From assembly GCF_009914755.1 (NCBI RefSeq), contig NC_060928.1: a stretch of 64,000 nucleotides of DNA. One strand, given 5' to 3'. Below, in pieces: positions 29,622 through 45,864 of the stretch; the first letter of the stretch is position 1; each line of letters starts with the position of its first letter. The position numbers were made by a program, and so were the translations under genes. Under the pieces are notes generated by a model that did not search any database, was not told the DNA's origin, and worked only from the letters and a program-made list of their open reading frames with translations. This DNA comes from the human T2T-CHM13v2.0 reference genome, Homo sapiens.

Positions 29622-30112
29622 CAGTTGACCGTTGAATAACATGGATTTGAACAGCGCAGTTCCACTTCCATGTGGATTTTTTTTTTTCAATAAAAGCTAT
29701 ACCAAGTGAGTTGCCTCTCCTGCCTCCCCTTTTACCTCCTCCACCTCTGCCACACCTGAGACAGCTAGATGAACCCCTCCTCTTCTCAGCCTACTCAAGA
29801 GTGACTATAATAAGGATGAAGACCTTTATGATGACCCACTTCCCATGTAATGAACAGTAAATACATTTTCTCTTCCTTCCATTTTCTTTTCTCTAGCTTA
29901 CCTTATTGTAACAATATGGTATTTGATGCATATGGTATATGATGCATATAACATACATAATATGTGTTAATTGACTGTTTATGTTATTGGTAAGGCTTCT
30001 GGTCAGCATTAGGCTATTAAGGTTTTAGGGAGTTAAAAGTTATGTGTGGATTTTTGACTGAGTGAGAGGGGGATTGGTACCCCTAGTGCCTGCATTGTTC
30101 AAGGGTCAACAG
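29622..30112. mobile_element. Tigger2a-like element
   Basis: TA-CAGTTGACCGTTGAATAAC ... TTGTTCAAGGGTCAACAG-TA. Confidence 0.8.
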
Positions 30113-30292
30113 TACTTGTTAATTCCAAAGTCCTTTTTGTTCACAAAATGACTTTAGGTACTTATTGGTACTGAAATATATTTATTAATATCTGGGCTAC
30201 ATCTTTGTATTTAGCAGATTAGTAGACATCTCTACTAATTAAACTCATTGAGTTCAAAATAAAACTCATTTTATAATTTTTAATAATGATAA

Positions 30293-30670
30293 TTAGAGGG
30301 GTGCTGGTAAATGTTTAACTAAACGCCTTTCTCCAAAATAGCCCTGATTTGTGATGGCTGTCAATTTCCTGTGGTGTAAATACTCCCCCCATGGCTCATT
30401 TCAAGCCGCTAAAATAGTGTCACTGAATGCAGAGTTGAGAAGAGATAAGAGGTAGCACATCATTATATACCATATCCACCATACAGACATAATCTCATTA
30501 GCACATATAATAGTAAAATGTAAAGTAAGTAGTGATGGTTTTGAGTGTTAATTCTTCTGTTTTAGTATAACTCATTTATGTATATATAATTATGTTTTAA
30601 TAACTGCCTCATAAAAATCCTGAAAATTTAATAATTATATCTCATGGGGTAGTATAGGGGGCTGTATACC
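30293..30670. mobile_element. MER63-like hAT element
   Basis: GTGCTGGTAAATGTTTAAC start and GGTGTAAATACTCCC internal motif. Confidence 0.55.
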
Positions 30671-30862
30671 ATTGAGTTCATAATTACCATTTATTAAGAA
30701 TGATTGATGTGAGTTATGCTACACTTTACATATTTTTAAAACTGAATTTTAATCCTTTCAACAATTCTATGAAGTAGGTGACACTGTCTCCATTTTACTA
30801 AATCAAAGAATTAAATAATTTATCCAAGGGGACAACTAACACTCCAACATCCTGATTTAGAG

Positions 30863-31023
30863 CAATGGTTTTCAAACTTCAGCTTGCATAGAATCACTTG
30901 AAGAGCTTGTTTTTAAAAAATACTGGGCCCACCTTCAGAAGTTCTGGTTCAATAGATGTGGGGTGGGCTGAGAATTTGCATTGTCAAGACCTTCCCAGGT
31001 GATGCCACACTGGGAACAGCACC
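30863..31023. mobile_element. MER5A
   Basis: CAATGGTTTTCAAACTT...GAATCAC...GAATTTGCATT...TTCCCAGGTGATGC. Confidence 0.75.
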
Positions 31024-31121
31024 ACCATCAAGCATAGGCTGACAAGCTTTTTCCATAAAGGACCAGATGATAAATATTTCAGGCTTTGTAGGCCATGAGG
31101 CGGAATCAAAGATACTACATA

Positions 31122-32327
31122 TTGGGTTAGTGTGTAAGTAATTGTGGTTTCAGACTCTGCATTTTAAATAATTATTACTAGGCGCAAACACATCTTTATT
31201 AATCAAAATAGGAACATTAAAATCAACACATTTTTGCCAATGGGAAGTAAGTTTATTCCTGTAGCATTAAAATCCATGCTTCGGGATTTATCAAACACTT
31301 GGAAAGCATTTTCTGCATCCTGCTGGTTGTGGAAGCATTTTCCCTCCTAAAAGTTGTCGAGATGCTTGAAGAAGTGGTAGTCAGTTGGTGAGAGGTCAAG
31401 TGAATATGGCAGGTGAGGCAAAACTTCATAGCTCGGTTCGTTCAACTTTTGAAGCGTTGGTTGTGCGATCTGTGGTCGGACGTTGTCATGGAGAAGAATT
31501 GGGCCCTTTCTGTTGACCAGTGCCAGCTGCAGACAGTACAGTTTTCAGTGCATCTCATCAATTTGCTGAGCATACTTCTCAGATTTAATGGTTTCACCGG
31601 GATTCAGAAAGCTGTAGTGGATCAGCAGCAGACCACCAGACAGTGACCATGACCTTTTTTTGGTGCAAGTTTGGCTTTGGGAAGTGCTTTGGAGCTTCTT
31701 GGTCCAATCACTGAACTGGTCATCTCCAGTTGTATAAAATCCACTTTTCAGTTGCCATATAAAATCCACTTCTTGTTGCACGTCACAATCTGATCGAGAA
31801 ATGGTTCATTGTTGTTGCGTAGGATGAGAGAAGACAACGCTTTAAAACAACGATTTTTTTCTGATTTTCGCTGAGCTCATAAGGCACCCACCTATCGAGC
31901 TTTTTCACCTTTCCAATTTGCTGCAAATGCTGAACTACCAGAGAATGGTCGACATTGAGTTCTTCGGCAACTTCTCGTGTAGTTGTAAGAGGATCAGCTT
32001 TGATGATTGCTCTCAATTGGTCATTGTCGACTTCTCATCTTCCACTACCCTCCTCATCTAGGCTCTCGTCTCCTTTGCAAAACTTCTTGAGCCACCACTG
32101 CACTGTATGTTCATTAGCAGTTCCTGGGCCAAGTGCATTGTTGATGTTGCTAGTTGTCTCCGCTGCTTTACGACCCATTTTGAACTCAGAAATAAGAAAA
32201 TCACTCGTAAAGAGAACTGTGCATTAAAATGATGTATAACATAACCACATTTATTTAAGAATGTATTCGAGCATCTAACAGCAAATTTCAACAATGCAAA
32301 AACTGCAGTTATGTTGCGCCAGCCTAA
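31122..32327 (-). mobile_element. Hsmar1 mariner transposon, near full length, defective
   Basis: ORF fragments RAIIKADPLTTTREVAEELNVDHS...KKLDRWVPYELSENQK and IHYSFLNPGETIKSEKYAQQIDEMH match Hsmar1/SETMAR transposase; degenerate TIRs with TA on both sides. Confidence 0.93.
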
Positions 32328-33971
32328 TAGAAAAGGGAAAAATATATATGAGAGAACATAAATGTCCATCATTTTTTTTACTACATTTGAAATATGATAA
32401 CATTAATTGAACACAATTTATTGTGATTAAAAAATGAAAAGACTGGAGTTCTTTTTTTTTAATTTATATTTTTTATTTTAAAGTTCTTTTGGGATAACAT
32501 TTCACTTATTAAGATTCAAAGTTATCCTCTTATCAGAATTTATTGTAGATGTTCATCTGTTAATGCAGACCTGTAATGCAGTTTTACAAATTTCATCTTT
32601 GAGGCATTTTTTTCCCCACACAAATAAGTACTGCCAATTGTATATGATCTTAATGAGCATATTCATTGTATGGAAGGCACTAATAGAATTCTCTCAGTAC
32701 AGCTGTAATTGTTGGCAAAAAGCATTGTTTTGTTTTGTTTTTTTTCCCAAGACTTTTCTTGATATTTGCTATTTAGTATGCAATTACATTGCAGATTAAC
32801 CACTTCCAATTTAAGGTTAGGTGGGAGCTCCTCAATTGCATGGTTAAATGGATTTTGAAATATAGAAATTTCCTTTGCACTTGCAGTGAGGTCTGAAAAG
32901 CACTGCAGGAACTATAGTTTGAACTTGCAAAATATATCTATTGCAAATTTGTGTATGGAGGGAGATCTTTTTATTTTAACATTTGACAACACAGGAAGTA
33001 TATAAAGCCATTATTACTTGTAATTGGAACAGTGTTGTCAAAATGACTTTATTGCAGTATTTTCTCACGTAAGCACTGCTTTGCCTTGACTTTTAAGTCA
33101 GATTCATTAGGAAACTGTCAAATTTGCAGCAAATTTTAATTTCCAAAGCTATAGTAGTGGTTAAAGGCATTTCTTTTTGTTCAGAAAATTTCGTTTGTGA
33201 CCTCGAGCTCAAAAAAATCACAATAAAACTCTGTAACCACTAAGCCATTAGACTTCTGTGTCATAAGGCAAGTCCAGATTTTGTTTCCATTTCTGATCAA
33301 AATTTACAGAACTTATGATGGTTAAATCTGTGAGAATAAATGAAGTTCACTGGTGACATTACTGGTTCAGTGATACATGATAAATTAATGTTTTCCCTAC
33401 TGGTTCAATGATACATGATAAATTGTTTTCCCTATTGATGAATAATAGAGTGAAGTACCATAGCTTTAAATAGCTATGCTTTCACAAACTTTGTAAATTT
33501 GTTCAACTAAACCTTTTTCTGGTCTTCATTTATTTTTGTCACCATCAGTTGCAACACATCTTAACGGATTCCACTTCAGGTTATACTGAATTGGTGCTTT
33601 CTCAACTTGGGAAATATTCTTGCTTATTATTATTTTATGGAGACTCTTCATAGACTCTAACTCTTCCGTGATTTCAAGCTTGGAATTGACTTCTTGAGAA
33701 AAAACTAAGCAGTATCATTAATATCTGCCAGCTCATCAAGAGCCAAAGAAAACCTCTACAAGTCTTTTGCCTTGTTTTTTAGTTGAATGTTAGTATTGCT
33801 CCCAGTGTCCTCATCTCCAGTAGTTATTCTCACTGAAAGGTTAAACAAGTTTATTTTCTCTGGAAACATTGGTGGCTACAGCCAAATACAATTTAATTAA
33901 CTCCCCATGGGTAACTGGATTTCCTTGCTTGGATAATAAATGAGATACCCGGAAGCTTAATTTGTTTGCAG

Positions 33972-33972
<1 letters not shown>

Positions 33973-34004
<32 letters not shown>
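33973..34004. repeat. (TG)16 microsatellite
   Basis: Direct reading. Confidence 0.97.
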
Positions 34005-34006
<2 letters not shown>

Positions 34007-34931
34007 TGTGTGGAAATTCTGCTGTGATGAGATACTTTGTTTTATATTTTCCTGATTTCTCTGATGATAACTTCCTTTGTCTTGCGAATGTGATGAGTGC
34101 TTAGTCTGGTAGTATCGATGTATATTGTATAGTACAATGGTTTGCCATCTAACTCGATAACAAAACAATTCACATACTACTTTAAATGCCTTAAAAGTGT
34201 GACATGCTTCTCTTATTTTGACAGGAAGATCAAATGTGGTATAACAGTATACTATGGTTTTTGAAGCACTTGACAAGTCATAACTGTCACTGCAATTTGT
34301 AGTGCATCCAGCAACTGTGTAAAGTGAATCATTCTGTTACAACCCCTCAACTCTGCTATCATAATGCAAACACAGCTATAGGCAATGCACAAAGGAATGA
34401 GTTGTGTTCCAATAAAATTTTATGGGCACTGAAATTTAAATTTTATATAATTTGCATTTCATGAAATATGTTTTTCCCTTAATTTTATTCAACCATTTAT
34501 AGAAGTAAAAGCCATTATTTTTGCATTACTTTTACTTTCACCATTACATAAAAGTATGTATGGGCTGTGGACTGTACAAAAATTTTACGTAGGCAATGGG
34601 CTGTAGTTTGCCAATTCTTGCTATAGAGTAGTGCTGCACTACTTCACCTTTCCACAAGACTTTTTCTCTCTATGAATTCCCTATCTAAGTGAATGATACC
34701 ACCATTCATCCGTGCAACTGTTCCTAAAATCTGGAGTCATTCTTTTAATATCATTGGGTTCCCTAAGTTTTAGCAACTCTACTACTTTGAATTAAACCTC
34801 CCACCTCTTTACTGTAAACATGTAAGTTTAGGCCCTTATTACCTCTTCTTGAGACTACACTACCCTTTTAACAGATGTTCTTTCCCCTGGCATCCCTCTT
34901 CTTGACCAGTTTTTACATGCTGCTAGAGTAC

Positions 34932-35296
34932 TGTCTGAGTTCATTTGGGCTGCTGTAACAGAATACTATATATTGGGTGGCATATAAACAACAGATTTTT
35001 TTTTCCCACAGTTCTGGTGACTGGGAAGTTCAAGATCAAGGTGCTGGCAGATTCAGTGTCTGGTCAAGGCCTGCCTCCTGGTTTATAGGTCATCTTTTCT
35101 ATGTAACCTCACACGGTAGAAGGAGTGAGGAAGCTCTCTGGAGGTTGAGTTTATAAGGGCACTAATTCCATTCACAAGGGCTCCACTCTAATGACCTAAT
35201 CACCTCTCAAAGGCCCTACCACCTAATATCATCCACATTGGGAGTAGGATTTCAACATATGAATTTTTAGGGGACACAAACATTCCATCTATAACA
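34932..35296 (-). mobile_element. MLT1A-like MaLR solo LTR
   Basis: TG...CA ends; perfect 5-bp TSD AGTAC at 34927-34931 and 35297-35301. Confidence 0.88.
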
Positions 35297-36900
35297 AGTA
35301 CTCTTTCTAAAATGTAAATCTGATTGTTTTACTCCTTAGACATATTTTGTAACGGTTTTCCATTACCTAGAGCAGGGTTCCCAAACTCAAATGTAACTGA
35401 TTAAAGGTAATTAAATGGTGATTTTTTTTTACATACCCTTTTTTTTTTTTGCATATTGAGTAAAAGAGAATATTTTTTATTTCCATGAAGATGGCTTTCT
35501 CTTATTTTTCTTAAAGTATGTCTTTCTTTTTGTCTTTCATTTTGTTACTTTGAATAAAAAAGAACAGCTTAGAAATACATTTCTCTGCTATAACAAAGAC
35601 AGCAGCAAAAACATGATGAATGGCATCTAACACTGGACATCATTCTAAGGATACAGAAGGAAATGCTGGGACTATGGCAACTAGAGCATTTGCCCAACCT
35701 GGAAAGGGATTCCCTGTGCAACCTCAATGAGTTTTGCCCTAAGAATGTGGGCCCAAGGAAGTCACATTTTTGACTTTTCAAAAGAAGTCAGAAACCAGAT
35801 TTTTAAGTCTGAAATCTTCAGATGGCTGGTTTTGGAAATGGAAAAATATTGTGAGATCTGGAACCTCAAATGATGATATTATGGTTCTCTCTCTACTTGG
35901 CTAGATTAGGGAACTGAGGATCAGTAAGACCTGTCAAGAGACAGGTCTGAGTTCATGCCTTTAGTTAGGGGCAGTGTCAGGCCTAGAATGTTGATCTCTC
36001 AACTCCTATACTAGTGTTCTTTTTATTATACCAGACTAGCTCCAATTTGTTACTGAAAAAAAGCAAGCGCACACATACATAACACACACACAAACATGAA
36101 GAAGCTAATACTAAGGATTCATCCAAGTAAGTGAGTTGATGGAAAACTGTTGTCCCTTTCGGACATTTCCACTAACAGAATCCAGACACTAATCACCTCA
36201 TTCCTGTAGTACTGAGATACTAGACTTTCTGCTCCCCAGTCCTTTCTATATACTATGACCAGATTAACATTTTTAAAAAGACACTACATCAATTGTATTA
36301 CTTTCTTATACAAGAATCTAATATTGCTTCAATTGCCTATCATATCAAGTCTAAACCATGCTGAGCTTTCAAGATCCATGGAACTTTGCTACCTCTTATT
36401 TCTCATTACTCTCTGGAACACATCTTCCTTTCACTGTCCCCTATATTCTTCGTCATAACACCAGTATATCTTTGATTCTGTTATTATATTATTTCTTCTA
36501 GAATAGCCTGTTTTCTTCTGTCTTCTTAGTCATTTTTCATAGTCTAACTCATTAAGACGGCTTCTGAGTTCTACTGACCTCTCATTTCTGTGGTACCTAC
36601 TACTACTTAGATTTCAAATCTCATTCAGTGATGTAGTTCTATTCACTCAGTGTTTCATATTTCTTTTTGGCATTTGGTAAATACTTGTTTGTAGATGTTA
36701 CAAAGTCACTACAGATTTAGGTCATGCTACTACTCTTAACAACAGTATCCTATAGTGATAATAGGAATTTTTATAATAGAGTTTGTCAGGCAGCAGCCTG
36801 TGGGCCAAATATACCATGTAGATGGATTTTGTTAAGGAGATTTTAGAAATTGGAATTAACTGTTAACACTTAAGAAATTTCTGATGAAAATACGCTTTCT

Positions 36901-37167
36901 AGCCAAGTGGTGGCTTACGCCTGTAATCTCAGCACTTTGGGAGGCCAAGGCGGATGTGTCACTTGAGGCCAGGAGTTCAAGACCAGAGTGGCCAACACGG
37001 CTACTAAAAGTACAAAAATTAGCCTTTAGTCCAACCAAGTTACTCAGGAGGCTGAGGCATGAGAATCACGTGAACCCGGGAGGTGGAGATTGTAGTGAGC
37101 CAAGATAGAGCCACCGCATTCCAACCTGGGCGACAGAGCAAGGCTCCATCTCAAAAAAATAAAAAAT
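36901..37167 (+). mobile_element. Alu with small internal deletions
   Basis: GTGGCTTACGCCTGTAATCTCAGCACTTTGGGAGG...CCATCTCAAAAAAATAAAAAA. Confidence 0.9.
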
Positions 37168-37894
37168 GTACAATACCCTAGGCTGCATTCCCATTAAACA
37201 GTCATCTGTAGTTGTCTTTTAGGCAGGGTATGAGGTCCCCCTAGTTTTCATTACTTCTTATTATCTTATATCCTTCAAATTTCACTCATTAAAACTCCTG
37301 TTTATCTGGTTCCTGGAGGTATCTGAATTGCTAAAGATTTAATTATGTTCAAAATTACTGTAAAGTTGAATTTATATTACTTTTTGAAAATTAATATTTT
37401 AAAATTAAGAAGTTAATTGTGAAAATTTAATCATAAAAGTAGTCAAGAGCACAGTTAACTACTTATGATCTATATAGTCACTAATCATGGTTAAACTGAA
37501 TTTTTAATTAATCAGAATGATATAAGAAATCATAGAGATATGGAATAGATTCTCTGCTCTCCCATGAACTGTGTATAGCCTTCAGCAAGTTGCTTAAGCT
37601 CTTTTATATCCTCATTTTATATATACCCTTAAGATATTATCATTGTCATTGATTAAGAACCACAGAATAGATTCCAAATGAAGGAAATGGGGGGCCTATT
37701 TTATAAGGAAATAATACAAATTTTAATATGGAAACTTTCAAGCTCAGTTACCTCATAAGGACTTCACTAGCCTAAACCAAGATCTGTTGGATTTTTTCTT
37801 TCCTTATTTTTGGCCTTGCAGCATTAAATAAATTTTCTAGGAAAAATGGCATTCCATTTTAAAAAGTCATCATAGTATAATAATAGGGCCACTA

Positions 37895-38252
<358 letters not shown>

Positions 38253-38567
38253 TTAGCATTTTATAATATATGAGTTCTATAACATTTAAAATAACTATAT
38301 GCAAAAGAATTACATAAATGATATATAATTTTAAAATTTTAAGATAATTACATTTAAAAAATTTTTAAATGATATAAAAAAGTATATAATTTCAGATAAC
38401 TAGTAAATGATTGTTGGAATTTTTTTTTCATATGGAAAAAAACAGGAATTGAACTTTTTTTTTGTGACCCAGAATAATTTTTTTTGAGATGCAAATTATT
38501 TATATATACTTACATGTATACATATATTGCATAATTTATATTTTTGACATTATAAAATATTTTCTGA

Positions 38568-41961
<3,394 letters not shown>

Positions 41962-43189
41962 AGGAATTGAACGTTAAAAAAAAATTGCCTTTAAAACGGT
42001 GAGAAACACATACCATCAAAGTTTTTTTGACAAGAAATTCATCAGATTTTAAAAACAATTTTTTAACTTTTCTGAAAATTGAAGATTCTTCAAGTAACTT
42101 CATGAAAGATGAAACTGATCATTACAAAATGCAAAACTTACATTGATGTAGTTGTGTTTCAGAGAAATAAAAATGTTGATTTGTTTTTAATATTATAAGC
42201 TACATTTGGTCTCCAAAATACAGTTAGAGCAAAGAAAAAATAGTATGAGCTGATGATTTTCCTTTAGTTGCAGAAATGCATTTCTGGGGATGGTGATGTG
42301 GTGGTAAGCTCTAATAAAAACTGTCCAGTGTGTCATATTTCTGGCTTTTATGTGTTGCATACAAAGCACCATCAGTCAAATGAGCAACACAAGACTACCA
42401 TATTAGGCATTATAAACAGTGACAAAGTATAAGTAGTGCAAGTAGTCATATTTCTAGTTTTGAAATGCTTAAACTCTAGTAGATAAAGAATAATAGAAAA
42501 TGAGCGATAAAAAAGGACATAATTTAGATTGTCAAGAGAAAACACAGACCCCTAAGAATTTAATTAAGAGGACAGATTATATTTACTTTTTCAGCCCCTA
42601 ATACAGCTTCTTGGACATATATAAGTGTTCATTACTTAAAATGATCTGGAACTTTTTCTAGAATTTATTATTTATTCAGTTAAACACTTATTGAAAGCTA
42701 AAGTGTGTATTCAGCATTGTACTACCCTTGAGATACTGTGGCAGACTGCTTCCTGGTACATTTCATTGTGATTTTTTTTTTTTTTTTTTTGTTAGTCACT
42801 AATTCAGATACATAGACAGTTGTTACCTAGTACAACTAGCTAACGTGTTTGGATTATAAATTCATTTTGGAAGAGCTTACATCTATATAAAGGAAGGTAC
42901 AGACAGTCCTTTGCACAGTTCTGATTAGCACAATATCTGTGTAACTTTCATGTAACTGAGCAAAGTTCAGCTACCTATACAGAAGGAAGAGCCTGTACTT
43001 GCAGACACACGTATATCTGGATTTACCCAACTTTGGCACTTATTCTGGGCAAGTTATTCAGCTTCTGAATTAGCTTTCTCATCTATTACAGTCAGATAAT
43101 AATATCTATTTCACAAGGGAGTTGGAAATAGTACATAAAGTGATATCCATATAATTTTTAAAAATAATGTTATCTGTAGGGTTTTTTCC

Positions 43190-43330
43190 CCTTTTATTTT
43201 AGATTCAGGGGGCACGTAATGCAGTTTGTTACCTGGATAAATTGCATGATGCTGAGGTTTAGGGTACAAATGATCCCATCACCCAGGTACTGAACATATT
43301 AAATAGTACACAGTAGTTTTTCAACCCCAA
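43190..43330 (-). mobile_element. Short L1PB-like 3' end
   Basis: TTTTATTTTAGATTCAGGGGGCAC...GATCCCATCACCCAGG. Confidence 0.75.
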
Positions 43331-43476
43331 GTAATTTTAAATTTCCATTTCCAAAGCTAAAAATATAATCGTTTTTAGAAAACTTTATCTTGTATTCAGA
43401 GCTAAAACCAATCAAAGACTATAATGCTGTTTATTGTACTATTTTAACCAAACCATGTGGTGAATATTAAGTTATG

Positions 43477-44070
43477 GTAGCTGATTATATTTTTAGAAGA
43501 TAATCACAACAATGTCTCTTGCCCCACATATTTTTTTAGAACTTCCTACCACTCATTAAGAGTTGGGGTCTAATTCTCCTATTGAATCTGAGCACACTTA
43601 TGTAACCATTAGAATGCAGCAGAAGGGATGCCATGTGACTTTCCTAGCTTAGGTCATAAAAGGCAATGCTGCTTCCGCTCTGATTGTTGGAATACCAGCC
43701 TGCTTGGAGCCCTGAGAAATCCGAGTACCTGGAGGTTGCTGTGTCAGGAAGCTAAGCCTTGTAGAAAGGTCCCAAGTCTCAGGTATCAGATTTCAGGTCA
43801 GAAATCCTAGTCTTTGAGTCCTTTCATGCCAGTCACCAGCCATGTGAGTGAATGAACTGTTAGATGATTTAGATCATGCCAGCTTCAGCCACTGAGTCAC
43901 TCCCAGTCACCCCTAGCCTTTGAGACTCTGCATCAAGGCTGTAGATTTTGTGAAGTAGAGACCAGCCATCTTGAATGTGCCCTTTGTGATTCCCGATTCA
44001 TAGAATCTATGAGCGTAATAAAATGGCTTTTGTTTTATGCCAGTAAATTTGGGGTGGTTTGTTATATAAA
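43477..44070 (+). mobile_element. MLT1G/H-like MaLR LTR
   Basis: AGAATGCAGCAGAAGGGATG, AGGTCATAAAAGGCAATGC, AATAAAATGG...TTTGGGGTGGTTTGTTAT end. Confidence 0.65.
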
Positions 44071-44730
44071 AACGTTTTTATATAAAACACTGAAAAGATA
44101 CATTTCCTCAGTGAGCAATAGATTGCTATTGAAATTCATCAAAGTAGGAACTACCTGCTGAATAAATGTTAACTGAGTTTTTCTTTCATTTCAAATGAAG
44201 ATAGCCTAAAAAGACATTTGCCTAGAGAAATTTGGTTTCTTTACTTGTTCTTTATTCTGACATTAATTGTCTTGAAGAGATATTAATTGACTGTTCTAGC
44301 AGCCAGGAAAGAAATGTATATGCTTAAAGAGTGCTGTGGGTTTTAACATAGCTTTATGATAAATTTTACCAGTTTGGCTAATGAAAAATGTCAATTAGTA
44401 CTTTTAAATTATTAAGAATAGTTTCCACAAAAGTTTAGTATTTTTATTAACACAGGAGCCTAATAAAACCTTGTAGGAACAAAGGAATATCTGTACTGAT
44501 CTCTCCAACTGAAAATTGTTATCCCTGATACTAATTTTAATGTTAATGTAAAATATTAGCATCATCACTAGTATATTTGGCAGTTGTTTGAGTCATCTTT
44601 CCTGTCACTTCTTAGAAGACAGTGGATTTTCTAGGTTGATCACCATTGAATAAAATTATAACTGTCATAAAATTATCAAGGGATTTCTGTTATGTAGTAC
44701 ATATTATGATTTCCTAAAATAATATAATAA

Positions 44731-44925
44731 TTATAATAATGGGCACTTTTTATTAATATATTAATATTTATAATAAATAATTATAAATAAATTATAAATA
44801 ATTTAAATAAATAATAAATTTAAATTATAAATAATAAATAATTGTAAATAAACATTATAAATTATTTATAATATTTATTTATAAATATATTCATATTTAT
44901 TATAATAATGGGCACATTTTATTAA
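44731..44925. repeat. AT-rich low-complexity tract flanked by 26-bp direct repeats
   Basis: TTATAATAATGGGCAC(T/A)TTTTATTAA at 44731-44756 and 44900-44925. Confidence 0.9.
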
Positions 44926-44937
44926 GATTATTGCCAT

Positions 44938-45235
44938 GGCTGGGCACGGTGGGCTCATGCCTATAATTCTAGCATGTTGCGAAGCTGAGGCAGGAGGATG
45001 GCTTGAGCTCAGGAGGTCGAGACCAGCCTGGGCAACATAGAAAGACTCTGTCTGTCCAAAAAAATAAAATTAGCTGGGCGTTGTAGTCAGCACCTGTGGC
45101 CCCATATATTCAGCTTGCTGAGGTGGGAGGATTGCCTAAGCCCAGGAAGTTAAGGTTGCAGTGAGCCATTATTGTGCCACTGCACTCCAGCCTGGGTTAC
45201 AGAGTGAGACCCTGTCTCAAAAAAAAAAAAAAAAA
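44938..45235 (+). mobile_element. AluJ
   Basis: GAGCTCAGGAGG / GAGACCCTGTCTC J-type features; near-TSD ATTATTGCC on both sides. Confidence 0.92.
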
Positions 45236-45556
45236 TTATTGCCGTGAGTGCCAGGAGCCAAAGTATTGTAGGCCTGTCGCATCCAGACACAATGTATGTG
45301 ATTAGGCTCTCTCTGTGTAGAGCCTAATCACATATACACAGACATAATTCTTGAACTTTATGAGAATAGGTCTTTAGGCATTGTGTGAAATAAAATTTTA
45401 CAAATTGTATTTTGCTCTTATTTATTATAGTTTAATATTGTAGTTGTGAAGATCATCTGTCAGATTCTTCACCCTCTCATCAAACATGACAAGTAAGACT
45501 AGAGTGTTTCTATTTCAGACTAAAATAGAGTTTTAATTCCATTTAAGAATGAATGA

Positions 45557-45864
<308 letters not shown>

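Larger units (their letters stand above)
31033..34620 (-). mobile_element. Near full-length Cheshire/MER58-family hAT-Charlie element (~2.4 kb excluding the nested Hsmar1)
   Basis: MER58-type ends (CATAGGCTGACAAGCTTTTTCCATAAAGGACCAGATG; GTAGTTTGCCAATTCTTG); - strand near 33530-33580 encodes LKWNPLRCVATDGDK, resembling the hAT TDG catalytic motif. Confidence 0.7.

Noticed and set aside
31545-32372. Possible SETMAR-like domesticated transposase gene
   Set aside because: Multiple frameshifts and apparent loss of the start region; a dead Hsmar1 copy.
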